The notes beneath the pieces were generated by a model, which did no database searches, was not told where the DNA came from, and was given only the letters and a program-made list of their open reading frames with translations. Below, in pieces: positions 1 through 8,514 of a stretch of 64,000 bases of DNA. Both the position numbers and the translations under genes were made by a program. The DNA comes from Candidatus Binatia bacterium. GTDB taxonomy: Bacteria; Desulfobacterota; Binatia; UBA9968; JAJDTQ01. Numbering within the stretch: the first letter of the stretch is position 1; each line of letters begins with the position of its first letter. The stretch covers positions 352,001-416,000 of the forward strand of contig OY762897.2 of NCBI GenBank assembly GCA_963666515.2, read 5' to 3'.

Positions 1-357
1 GCATATGCGACCGCCTCAGCGACTGAAACCGTGGCGGGGCCGCTGTTTACACGAGCCGAAGCCGACAAGCGTATGAACGCAATGCGGCAATCCATCGAAC
101 CGGTGGAGTCGGCGCTGAGGACCTCGGGCAAGGGCTCTCCTTGGAACGCGGGCATCAAGGCTAGCGGCGATTTCCTGGAACCCGTCTTCAAAGCCTATTT
201 CGAGAAGCTGGGGCTGCCGAACCTCATGGCCAAGAAGAACTGCCACGAATTGGTGGAGTACGTTCCAGACCACGAGATCGACCTGGAGATTCGCGAGAAG
301 CTCGACGGCATTGTGCGGGTCGCGGAAAGGGCCGAGCCGGTCGGAGAACTGTCGTGA
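1..357 (+). CDS. C-terminal part of a gene entering from the left edge; hypothetical, possibly an ATPase-family protein
   Basis: Frame is open from base 1; its TGA overlaps the next GTG start (GTGA at 354-357); no diagnostic motif in the visible part. Confidence 0.55.
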   Translation, partial: AYATASATETVAGPLFTRAEADKRMNAMRQSIEPVESALRTSGKGSPWNAGIKASGDFLEPVFKAYFEKLGLPNLMAKKNCHELVEYVPDHEIDLEIREKLDGIVRVAERAEPVGELS

Positions 358-2090
358 ACCTTTTCGGCTTCCGTGTTGCCAACTTCAAGGCCTTCGCTGC
401 CGCACAGCGAGTGCCGCTACGACCGATCACGCTCATCTATGGCGCCAACAGCGCTGGAAAATCGAGTGTCCTGCACACACTGGCCTTGGTCCACCATGCC
501 ATTGAGACCGGGGACCTGGACACACAACGGACTCAGATTGGCGGCGAGTCCATAGATCTCGGCGGGTTCCGGCAGTACGTGCACCGGCACCAGCGAGATC
601 AGCAAGTCCAACTCGGTTTCGAGCTTGATCCCGGTCGGCTTTCCGGGCGCGTGGCAGCGCTGTTGCGCTCGGCACGCAGTATCGTCGTGGAGTTGTCGAT
701 CGGCGAAGGGATTACGAGCAATCAACCCGACCTCTTCGGGGACTACATGCGGGAGTTGGATGGGAAGGGGGTTCGCCTCGAACGCTTCGGTCTTGAGGTG
801 GACGACGCGTCCCTGTTATCCATGAGCGCACGGCCGGGAGGGCTGTTGCGTCTCGATAGTCTCGACCATGCGCATCCGGTTTTCCGCGAGTTGTTTCGTG
901 GACTCTTGACGTTGGCTACGACGACCGAAGAAATCCGCGAGGAGGATTTCGCTGCCCTTGGTGACGTGCTCGACACGTTGGTCCCATCCATAACGGCCAG
1001 ACGGCGCGGTTTGTTCCTTCGGGTCGAGGACGAAGTCGAGGTCAGTGAGGGGGAGGGAGAAGGCTGGGAGGCGTTGATGCCGGTCAGTCGCGGGCGTCGC
1101 CGGGAGGACTTGGGGCGAGCGGGTCGCCTCTTTCTTCCCCGGGCCTTGCGCGAACTGGTGGAGGGTCTCGGAGCGGCAATCGAAGAAGACATCCGACGAC
1201 TTCGCTACCTCGGACCACTGAGATCCTATCCGCCGCGTCACCTTGCCTTTGCACAACATCACGATCCCAACTGGTTCGCGGGCGGCGGCTACGCTTGGGA
1301 TGTAGTCCGCACGCGCGCCGATGTCCGACAGCGTGTGAACACTTGGCTCAGCGACACTGATCGCCTCAAGACACCCTATGAGCTTGAAGTACGAGACCTG
1401 CTGCCCGCGACGACAGTGTCCAGGGAGCTTCCAGACAAACTTGGCGAGGCGTTTTTCGATTTCGCGACGACGCTTGCTTCGGATGGCGCCGACCGGCTCG
1501 CTGAACTCGGCCGCAAATATGAAGAAGACGTCCTGCCCGACATAGCAGAACTCGTGGCATCGGTCAGTGAAGTGGAGGCGTTGTCGGAGGACTGGGCTGA
1601 CGAGATGGTCAAGGCGTCCCCTGACGTACTTCAGGACTTGGTTCTCATCGACAAGCGGACCGGCACCCCCGTGAGCCACCGCGACGTGGGCATCGGTGTC
1701 AGCCAAGTGCTGCCCGTCCTCGTCTCGGCCTTCGCGTCGGAGAACCGGCTGGTTGCCATCGAGCAGCCCGAGATACACCTTCATCCGGCCCTTCAGGCGG
1801 AATTGGGTGATGTGTTCGTGGAATCGGCGCTTGAAGGCGGCAACACTTTCCTGATCGAGACTCACAGCGAGCATCTGCTGCTTCGCATCATGCGTCGCAT
1901 CAGGCAGACGAGCAGTGGCGACCTGCCGGACGGAGCGCCTGCGGTTCGTCCGGAGGACGTGATGGTGCTTTTCGTGGAACCCGACGGACCGAGGAGCATC
2001 GTCCGCGAGATGCCTCTCAACGAGCGCGGTGAACTGGTGAAGGCATGGCCCGGCGGCTTCTTCGAGGAAGGACTGCGGGAGATCTTCTGA
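354..2090 (+). CDS. ABC/AAA_21-type ATPase with C-terminal DUF3696-like domain
   Basis: Walker A GANSAGKS, signature-like DVGIGVSQ, Walker B IEQPEIHLHP, H-loop ETHSEH, C-terminal WPGGFF. Confidence 0.85.
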   Translation: MNLFGFRVANFKAFAAAQRVPLRPITLIYGANSAGKSSVLHTLALVHHAIETGDLDTQRTQIGGESIDLGGFRQYVHRHQRDQQVQLGFELDPGRLSGRVAALLRSARSIVVELSIGEGITSNQPDLFGDYMRELDGKGVRLERFGLEVDDASLLSMSARPGGLLRLDSLDHAHPVFRELFRGLLTLATTTEEIREEDFAALGDVLDTLVPSITARRRGLFLRVEDEVEVSEGEGEGWEALMPVSRGRRREDLGRAGRLFLPRALRELVEGLGAAIEEDIRRLRYLGPLRSYPPRHLAFAQHHDPNWFAGGGYAWDVVRTRADVRQRVNTWLSDTDRLKTPYELEVRDLLPATTVSRELPDKLGEAFFDFATTLASDGADRLAELGRKYEEDVLPDIAELVASVSEVEALSEDWADEMVKASPDVLQDLVLIDKRTGTPVSHRDVGIGVSQVLPVLVSAFASENRLVAIEQPEIHLHPALQAELGDVFVESALEGGNTFLIETHSEHLLLRIMRRIRQTSSGDLPDGAPAVRPEDVMVLFVEPDGPRSIVREMPLNERGELVKAWPGGFFEEGLREIF

Positions 2091-3032
2091 ATGTCTCTGA
2101 TCGCGGACTACGCCATCACGCCCGACGTGCTCGACTCGGCCTCCTATACCAGCGAGGAGGTTTGCGGTCTGCACTTGCGGGAAATCAGTCAGGTCATGAG
2201 GAGCGAGGGGCTGGTTCGCGACCTCCGTGCCGGAGAGTGGCGAGGGCTATTCGCTGGGGGCGAACGCTCATGGCATCGCTTGGGCAAGGAAATGGTGCGG
2301 AAGCTGGCAACGGAGGGGCGATTGATCAGCTTCCCGCCCCGGCTTTCCAGGGCTCCTTCCGATGATCAGGACTGGTGCGAAGAGGCAGTCCGGTCCGACG
2401 TGACGGAACCATTCTCGGGCGGAGTCGTTGTGACGGAGTCGATCAAGGCGGCGTATGCAACGGACAGCCGCGTGGAGCGCGTCGACCGGCTCAGCAGGGC
2501 GGCTTGGTGGAGCCGCCGGAGTCCATCGGTTCGTTTGTCCCGGACTCTGGACGATTACAAGGAACACCTGGGTCCGATTCTGCGTTGCGCGAACTCGTTG
2601 CAGTTCATCGATCCTCACCTCAATCCAACGATTCGTCGATATCAACAGTTCAAGGAGCTGCTGTCCGTTGCCGGCAGGCGTAGCCCGCGGCCAACGATCG
2701 AAGTCCACCGCGTGTGCTACGAGGGATCCGGGCCAGGCCGCCGGATACTTGACGTCCGGAGCCTTGAACAGGATTTTCGCACTGCGCTTGCCGCTGGTTT
2801 GGCCGAAGCGGGTTCGCAGATTGAAGTGTTCGTTTGGGACGACTTCCACGACCGTTATCTGATCAGCAACCTGATCGGGGTGTCGCTGCCGAACGGCTTC
2901 GATACCACGAGCAACGTCAACGAGAAGACGACCTGGAGCCGCTTGGGGCGGGATGAACGCGACGATGTGCAACGCGAGTTCGACCCGGCCGTCGGGCGAC
3001 ACCGTCTGCACGGACGATTCAGCATTCCGTAG
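2091..3032 (+). CDS. Hypothetical protein with C-terminal PLD-like (MIT_C-like) domain
   Basis: ATG immediately after the ATPase stop; FIDPHL and FHDRYLI...NGFD resemble the DPY and HDR...GxD motifs of MIT_C/PLD-like domains. Confidence 0.6.
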   Translation: MSLIADYAITPDVLDSASYTSEEVCGLHLREISQVMRSEGLVRDLRAGEWRGLFAGGERSWHRLGKEMVRKLATEGRLISFPPRLSRAPSDDQDWCEEAVRSDVTEPFSGGVVVTESIKAAYATDSRVERVDRLSRAAWWSRRSPSVRLSRTLDDYKEHLGPILRCANSLQFIDPHLNPTIRRYQQFKELLSVAGRRSPRPTIEVHRVCYEGSGPGRRILDVRSLEQDFRTALAAGLAEAGSQIEVFVWDDFHDRYLISNLIGVSLPNGFDTTSNVNEKTTWSRLGRDERDDVQREFDPAVGRHRLHGRFSIP

Positions 3033-3064
3033 GGTTGGGTGATGCGCTTGGCCGAGGTGAACTC

Positions 3065-3400
3065 ATGATTCCCGTCACCGACGACCTTCTCCAGAACATG
3101 GTTCGGGCCATCGTAGATGAGGTGGATCCCGAGCAGGTGATCCTCTTCGGCTCCCGCGGCCGCGGCGACCATCGGGAGAAATCGGACATCGACCTCATTG
3201 TGATCGAAGCCGAGCCCTTTGGCCCCGAAAGGAGCCGCCACAGGGAAATGCTTCGCCTCAACAGAGCGGTTCGGGGGGCACCCGTCCCTGTGGATATCCT
3301 GGTCTACTCCAAAGACGACGTCGACTACTGGCGCGATTCCCTCAATTACGTCTTGGCTCGCGCGCTACGCGAAGGCAGGGTGCTTTATGAGCGACGTTAA
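3065..3400 (+). CDS. Minimal nucleotidyltransferase (MNT), antitoxin-like, copy 1
   Basis: LFGSRGRGD...SDIDL motif; ATG 3065 preceded by GAGGTG. Confidence 0.85.
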   Translation: MIPVTDDLLQNMVRAIVDEVDPEQVILFGSRGRGDHREKSDIDLIVIEAEPFGPERSRHREMLRLNRAVRGAPVPVDILVYSKDDVDYWRDSLNYVLARALREGRVLYERR

Positions 3401-3785
3401 GTGTGCCCGTGTGCTCCTGGAGGCGGCCGAGCGGGATCTTGTCGCGGTTCGGGTTTTCGTTCGCTCAGGGGAGGTGTCCGATGAAGTGTTCGGTTTTCAC
3501 GTGCAGCAGGGAGCCGAGAAGGCGCTCAAGGCATGGATTGCGGTGCTGGGCGAGTTATACCCGTTGACGCATGATCTTGAAGAACTGTTCGAGATGTTGG
3601 CCGCCTTGGGTGTCGATGCCGCCCCTTTCGAGCAACTGGTCGGCTATTCATCCTACGCAGTCGAGTTCCGTTATGCGGGCGTTCCGCTTGGCACTGACCC
3701 GATCGACAGGGAGCGCGCACTGTCGGTCGCCGAACAGTTGCTGGAAACGGTACGGCATGAGCTGGCAGCGGCTGAGGATGGGTGA
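3387..3785 (+). CDS. HEPN domain protein, copy 1
   Basis: FHVQQGAEKALKA and THDL motifs; overlaps the MNT 3' end; true start is MSDVK at 3387. Confidence 0.85.
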   Translation: MSDVKCARVLLEAAERDLVAVRVFVRSGEVSDEVFGFHVQQGAEKALKAWIAVLGELYPLTHDLEELFEMLAALGVDAAPFEQLVGYSSYAVEFRYAGVPLGTDPIDRERALSVAEQLLETVRHELAAAEDG

Positions 3786-3908
3786 TGGAGTGTCCTAAGG
3801 TGAGATTGGGCGCCATCTTGTCGCTAAAGCCCTTCATGGTACTTGGTGCGAGAAAACTTGAGGGCAAGAGGCGTTAATCACGTGAGACGCTTGACCAGGA
3901 CGAAAGCC

Positions 3909-4250
3909 ATGCCCCCCGTCACCGACGACCTTCTCCAGAGCATGGTCCAGGCCATCGTAGACGAGGTGGATCCGGAACAGGTTATCCTCTTCGGCTCCCG
4001 CGCTCGCGGCGACTACCGGGAGAACTCCGACATCGATCTGCTCGTGCTCGAAGCCGAACCCTTCGGTCCAGGGCGCAGTCAGCACAAGGAGTTGGTCCGG
4101 CTCTACCGCGTACTGAGAACCTTTCACGTGCCCGCTGACGTCCTGGTTTTTTCCCAGAAGGATGTGGACTACTGGCGAGATTCCCTCAACCATGTCCTGG
4201 CGCGGGCTCTGCGGGAGGGAAAGACGCTCTACGAAAAGGGCGCGTCATGA
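3909..4250 (+). CDS. Minimal nucleotidyltransferase (MNT), copy 2
   Basis: LFGSRARGD...SDIDL; close paralog of copy 1. Confidence 0.85.
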   Translation: MPPVTDDLLQSMVQAIVDEVDPEQVILFGSRARGDYRENSDIDLLVLEAEPFGPGRSQHKELVRLYRVLRTFHVPADVLVFSQKDVDYWRDSLNHVLARALREGKTLYEKGAS

Positions 4251-4633
4251 GCGACGTGAAATGCGCGCGGATGTTGCTGAAAGCGGCGGAGCGGGACTTG
4301 GCGACACTTCGGAGCATGACCGCCGAGGCGCCGGAGGAGTCCTTTGGCTTCCATGTGCAGCAGGCGGCGGAGAAGGCCCTCAAGGCGTGGATCGCGATGC
4401 GGGGCGAAACATACCCGTTGAGCCACAATATCGGCGTCCTGCTGGATCTGCTCGTTGACACCGGCGCCGATCTGGAGCCCTTTCACGGTCTGATGGGGTA
4501 CACGCCCTACGCCGTCGAATTTCGTTATCAGGGCGTCCCTTCGGGCATCAAGGCCATCGACCGCGAGGGCGCCATGGAACTGATTGAAGCCCTGCTCGGC
4601 GAGGTTCGGGGGAAGTTGGCGGAGTCGGAGTAG
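4247..4633 (+). CDS. HEPN domain protein, copy 2
   Basis: FHVQQAAEKALKA, SHNI; ATGA overlap with MNT copy 2. Confidence 0.85.
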   Translation: MSDVKCARMLLKAAERDLATLRSMTAEAPEESFGFHVQQAAEKALKAWIAMRGETYPLSHNIGVLLDLLVDTGADLEPFHGLMGYTPYAVEFRYQGVPSGIKAIDREGAMELIEALLGEVRGKLAESE

Positions 4634-4636
4634 GAT

Positions 4637-4676
4637 TCACGACTCCGCGACCTCGCCCGTGGCAAATTCCCGCACC
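4637..4676. repeat. 40-bp direct repeat, copy 1 (37/40 identical to 6879-6918)
   Basis: tcacgactccgcgacctcgcccgtggcaaattcccgcacc. Confidence 0.85.
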
Positions 4677-5662
4677 ACCCGGCAGCGGGTGAACTTGGGC
4701 GAGACGTCGACAATCCGGGGCACTTCGGTCGTTTCGTTCTCGGGCAGGGGCTTCTCGCCTTTCGCCTCGCCGGTTTGCGCTACGCTCTTGAGGGAACCAA
4801 GCTTCTCGGCGCCGTCGATGGCCGCGGCGTCGCCGCCATACCACGCGAACCAGGGAAGGCCGGCGTCTGTGTAGTCCTTCGCCGTGGGAGGGAGGGTCGG
4901 CGGCCGCTCGCCCGTGATCGTCAACCACAGGACCGAATTGGCCAGGGAAATGAAGCAGCGGCTTGCATGGCGTTGGTCCCAGGCGTCCAGACCGTAGGGG
5001 TCGTCGTATATCTCCTGTTTCATCCGGCCGCCGGGCGCCAAGCCCATGTCCCAAGGTGGTGGAAAACCTCCGAGCTCCGTGTCGGGGGACTCCACGACGC
5101 AAGCCCACTGATCCTTCGCCCGCTCGTATCGCTCATGCTTCATCGGATACACCAGAACCTGAAGGCCGCCGTGTCGTGCGTCGCCCGTAAGCTGTTCCTC
5201 GACGCTGTAGCCTTCCCACAAGGCCAGGGGCATGGCGACGAACTGGCGGATCATGCCCTTTTCGACGCAGTAACCGTCGAGCCACGGTTGTTCCGGCAGC
5301 ACGACATAGTCCTGCGGATCGCGGTTCAGGTGATTCACCCAACTGTCGCCGGTGAGTGCGCAGAGCTTGCCGGTCGCGACCTTCACCGCGAAAGGATAGC
5401 GCGACGCGTTGAATCTGATCCACAGAGCCTCGGCCTGGTGAATTGGCGCGATCACACCGCCGCGCCGTTGCCATTCCTCGGGCAGACGCTTCGCATAGTC
5501 GTCCAGATGCCTCAGAGGAAAGCGGCCAAGGCCCGGCGGCAGCGGGTAGTCCCTGCCGTCATCCGGGATGCGCAGGGTGCGCTGGAACCCGATGGCGCAA
5601 GTCGCCTCGTCGTGGACTTCGGGAAACCTGAACACCAGTTGGTCTTTTTCAAGCGTGATCAT
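4637..5662 (-). CDS. Conserved hypothetical protein (FQRTLRIPDD...LPPGLGRFPL family)
   Basis: 341-aa ORF with strong RBS (AAAGGAGG), 13 bp downstream of the XRE gene. Confidence 0.75.
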   Translation of the reverse strand: MITLEKDQLVFRFPEVHDEATCAIGFQRTLRIPDDGRDYPLPPGLGRFPLRHLDDYAKRLPEEWQRRGGVIAPIHQAEALWIRFNASRYPFAVKVATGKLCALTGDSWVNHLNRDPQDYVVLPEQPWLDGYCVEKGMIRQFVAMPLALWEGYSVEEQLTGDARHGGLQVLVYPMKHERYERAKDQWACVVESPDTELGGFPPPWDMGLAPGGRMKQEIYDDPYGLDAWDQRHASRCFISLANSVLWLTITGERPPTLPPTAKDYTDAGLPWFAWYGGDAAAIDGAEKLGSLKSVAQTGEAKGEKPLPENETTEVPRIVDVSPKFTRCRVVREFATGEVAES

Positions 5663-5675
5663 CGTCGGTCCTCCT

Positions 5676-6029
5676 TTACCATTCGCCGTCCCGCACCTCT
5701 CGCACCACGCGAAGAATGGCGTGGTCCGGTGCTTCCTTCAGTTGTCGGATCAAGTCCGCGAACAGCCTGGGCCGCTTGCGGATGATCTCCTGGAGATCGC
5801 TTGATACCTTGCCCGCCACGGCCAAGAGCACGTCGGGGTCCTCGCCGAGTTCCTGCGCCAGACGCACGGCCGTTGCCTCCGAAGGCGGGGGGACGTCGCC
5901 GCGTTCGATCTTGCTCAGGTACGCTGGTTCGATGCCGATGCGCTGGGCCGTCTGGCGCACCGAGAAGCGCCGGTCCTTCAGCCGCAAGGCCTCCCGCCGC
6001 TCTCTGATCATATGGCCAAAGTGCGTCAT
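5676..6029 (-). CDS. XRE-family helix-turn-helix transcriptional regulator
   Basis: SVRQTAQRIGIEPAYLSKIERG HTH pattern. Confidence 0.85.
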   Translation of the reverse strand: MTHFGHMIRERREALRLKDRRFSVRQTAQRIGIEPAYLSKIERGDVPPPSEATAVRLAQELGEDPDVLLAVAGKVSSDLQEIIRKRPRLFADLIRQLKEAPDHAILRVVREVRDGEW

Positions 6030-6065
6030 GTGTCATAAACATAACACATTAATTCACCAAGTCAA
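6028..6065 (-). promoter_or_regulatory. Putative sigma70 promoter with overlapping palindromic operator for the XRE operon
   Basis: Minus strand TTGACT-N16-TATGTT with extended -10 TG; imperfect palindrome ATGTGTcAT-N4-ATaACACAT at 6028-6049. Confidence 0.5.
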
Positions 6066-6166
6066 GCCCCCCTGACTTCCCGAAGGCATGAAATTCCACT
6101 TGTCCAGGAAAACTGGCCTGCCCAGCGTTCGAGGGTGTCATTCATTGCCACCCTGTGTTAGGCTTT

Positions 6167-6208
6167 GCCGTACCCAAAGGTCAGCCGGCCGTACCCAAAG
6201 GTCAGCCG
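6167..6208. repeat. Perfect tandem duplication of 21 bp
   Basis: gccgtacccaaaggtcagccg x2, just upstream of the parD RBS. Confidence 0.9.
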
Positions 6209-6224
6209 GAAACGGAGGTCGGAC

Positions 6225-6509
6225 ATGCCTGCAACTCACGCCCGAAACGTTGCACTCACACCCCAGCTCGCGGAGTTCGTCGACGATCTTGTCGCTGCAG
6301 GAGCCTATAACAACGCTAGCGAGGTGGTCCGGGACGGTCTTCGTGAATTGCAGCGTCGGAAATTCTTGGATCAGTTGACCGAGATTCGAGCTCGGATCAG
6401 TGTCGGCCTTGATCAACTCGACCGGGGAGAAGGTCGGAGCGGCGATCCCGCGGGCGTCATCGGAGGCATTCTCCGGGAGGCGAAACGAACGCGGCACCGC
6501 AATACATGA
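6225..6509 (+). CDS. parD: Type II TA antitoxin, ParD/RHH family
   Basis: NVALTPQLAEFV...YNNASEVVRDGLR; RBS GGAGG. Confidence 0.8.
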   Translation: MPATHARNVALTPQLAEFVDDLVAAGAYNNASEVVRDGLRELQRRKFLDQLTEIRARISVGLDQLDRGEGRSGDPAGVIGGILREAKRTRHRNT

Positions 6510-6844
6510 AGACGGTTGTCTACGCGCCAGTTGCGCTTGCCCGGCTGGCCGACATATTCGATTACACCATTGAGCGGTTCGGTCCTGCACAGGCTGACGC
6601 CTACGCGGCGCGGTTGGCCGGACGGCTTACCGACTTGGCTCTGGGACGAGGCTTGGCGGCACGGCCCTGCGAGCGCCTCATGCGCGATACGCGGGAGGCC
6701 TCTGGACTGACCTACATCCACGAGGGGTCCCACTACCTCATCCTCAGGGAAAGGCCCGAGACGCTCGAAGTCGTTGAAGTCTTCCACGAGCGAATGAATA
6801 TCGAAGCGCATCTGTCACAACTGCTTGACGAGGGCTCGCTGTGA
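6506..6844 (+). CDS. parE: Type II TA toxin, ParE/RelE family
   Basis: LADIFDYTIERFGPAQADAY...VFHERMN; ATGA overlap with parD. Confidence 0.8.
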   Translation: MKTVVYAPVALARLADIFDYTIERFGPAQADAYAARLAGRLTDLALGRGLAARPCERLMRDTREASGLTYIHEGSHYLILRERPETLEVVEVFHERMNIEAHLSQLLDEGSL

Positions 6845-6878
6845 TCCACAAGACACGCGGCGTGAAAGGGCAGTAACC

Positions 6879-6918
6879 TCACGACCCCGTAACCTCGCCC
6901 GTGGCAAATTCCCGCACC
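6879..6918. repeat. 40-bp direct repeat, copy 2 (remnant of the 3' end of gene 4637-5662)
   Basis: tcacgaccccgtaacctcgcccgtggcaaattcccgcacc; on the minus strand reads VREFATGEVTGS*. Confidence 0.85.
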
Positions 6919-6930
6919 CGGCGGGCGGCC

Positions 6931-7731
6931 TCAGAACGTCTTCACCTGCTCCGGCCGCCAACGGCTCAGGCGGTCTTCCAGCTTCTTGACCGCCATGGTC
7001 ATCACCAGCGAGATGCCCATGAACAGGATGAGGCCGGCGAAGACCACGTCCACGATATAGTTGCCGGCGGCCGCGGCCATGAGGTAGCCGACGCCCTGGT
7101 CGGAGCCGAAGAACTCTCCCACCACCACGCCCAGGATGGCGCGGCCGATGGCGAGCCTCAGGCCGGCGATGATGTAGGGCAGGGAGTTGGGCAGCACCAC
7201 GATCTTCATGAGCTGCCACTCGTTGGCGCCGAAGGAGCGCACCACGTTGATGAGCACGCGGTCCACGTTCCTGACGCCCTCGTAGGTGTTGATCAGGAGC
7301 GGGAACAGCGCGCCGATGAAGACGATGACCACCGTGGACCAGATGCCGAAGCCGAGCCAGAGCACCACCAGCGGCAGGAACACCAGCCGGGGGGTGGCGT
7401 TGAAGGCGGTGACGAAGGGGTCGAACATGGCGTTCATGGTGTTGAAGCGCCCCATGACGAGCCCCACGGGCAGCGCCACGACGATGGAGAGCCCCAGGCC
7501 GATGATGAACTCGCTGCCGCTGACGTAGAAGTGGAACGCCACCTCGCCCGAGGTGATCATCTCGAAGAGCTTGAGGGCGATGTGGTACGGGGTGGTGAAG
7601 AAGAGCGCCAGGCCCTTGGGCAGGGTCACCACGTGGGGGATGAACTCCCAGACGAGCAGGAACAGCACGATGAAGCCCCATCCCAGGATGGGCTCCTCGT
7701 TCTCGCGGTACTGGGACAGGTAGCGGTTCAT
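6931..7731 (-). CDS. NitT/TauT family ABC transporter permease
   Basis: Hydrophobic; EAA-like loop NVVRSFGA; start MNRYLS overlaps the upstream stop. Confidence 0.9.
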   Translation of the reverse strand: MNRYLSQYRENEEPILGWGFIVLFLLVWEFIPHVVTLPKGLALFFTTPYHIALKLFEMITSGEVAFHFYVSGSEFIIGLGLSIVVALPVGLVMGRFNTMNAMFDPFVTAFNATPRLVFLPLVVLWLGFGIWSTVVIVFIGALFPLLINTYEGVRNVDRVLINVVRSFGANEWQLMKIVVLPNSLPYIIAGLRLAIGRAILGVVVGEFFGSDQGVGYLMAAAAGNYIVDVVFAGLILFMGISLVMTMAVKKLEDRLSRWRPEQVKTF

Positions 7732-8513
7732 CGGGTTTCCTGGGTGCGCCAGGGCGCGATGGCCAGCTCGGCCTTGCGCAGGCCCACCGTGAAGATCACG
7801 GCGATGATCATCAGCACCAGGATGCACACGAACATGTGCGCGAGCTGGTACATGTCGCCGTACCAGATCAGCGCGTGGCCGATGCCCTCGGAGGCCGCGT
7901 AGAACTCGCCGACGATGATGCCGACGATGCCCCGGCCGATGGCGATCCGCGCCCCCGCCACGATGTAGGGGAGGGTGCTCGGCAGGATGACCTTGAAGTA
8001 GAGGTCGCGTTCCTTCCCGCCCAGGGACCGGACCACGTTGATGAGCAGCGTGTCCACCGAGCGGACGCCGGCAAAGGCGTTGAAGATGAACGGGAACACC
8101 GCCAGCAGGAAGATCAGGATGGTCTTGCCCTTGATCCCCACGCCGAACATGACGATGAGCAGCGGCGCCAGCGCCACCAGCGGGCTCGCGTACAGGGCGG
8201 TGAGGAACGGGTCCAGGGCGAACGCCACCCGCCGCCGCCAGCCCATCACCACGCCCACCGGGATGCCGATAAGCACCGCGGCGGCGAACCCGAACACGAA
8301 GGGAGTGCCGCTGACGTAGATGTCCTTCCACAGCTCGCCGCTGAGGATCAGGTCGCCGGTGGCCCCCCACATCAGCGACGGCTTGGTGATGAAGAACGGG
8401 TTGAAGGTGAAGACGAAGGTCAGCAGGAACTCCCACACGAGGAAGAAGCCCAGCACCGCTCCCGCCCCCAGCAGGAACCTCACGCTGCGTTCCGACATCG
8501 TCTTGAACCCCAT
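7728..8513 (-). CDS. NitT/TauT family ABC transporter permease
   Basis: Hydrophobic; NVVRSLGG loop; paralog of the neighbouring permease. Confidence 0.9.
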   Translation of the reverse strand: MGFKTMSERSVRFLLGAGAVLGFFLVWEFLLTFVFTFNPFFITKPSLMWGATGDLILSGELWKDIYVSGTPFVFGFAAAVLIGIPVGVVMGWRRRVAFALDPFLTALYASPLVALAPLLIVMFGVGIKGKTILIFLLAVFPFIFNAFAGVRSVDTLLINVVRSLGGKERDLYFKVILPSTLPYIVAGARIAIGRGIVGIIVGEFYAASEGIGHALIWYGDMYQLAHMFVCILVLMIIAVIFTVGLRKAELAIAPWRTQETR

Positions 8514-8514
8514 G

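Noticed and set aside
6167-6208. Possible CRISPR array (also 42007-42056)
   Set aside because: Only two abutting units, no spacers and no cas genes
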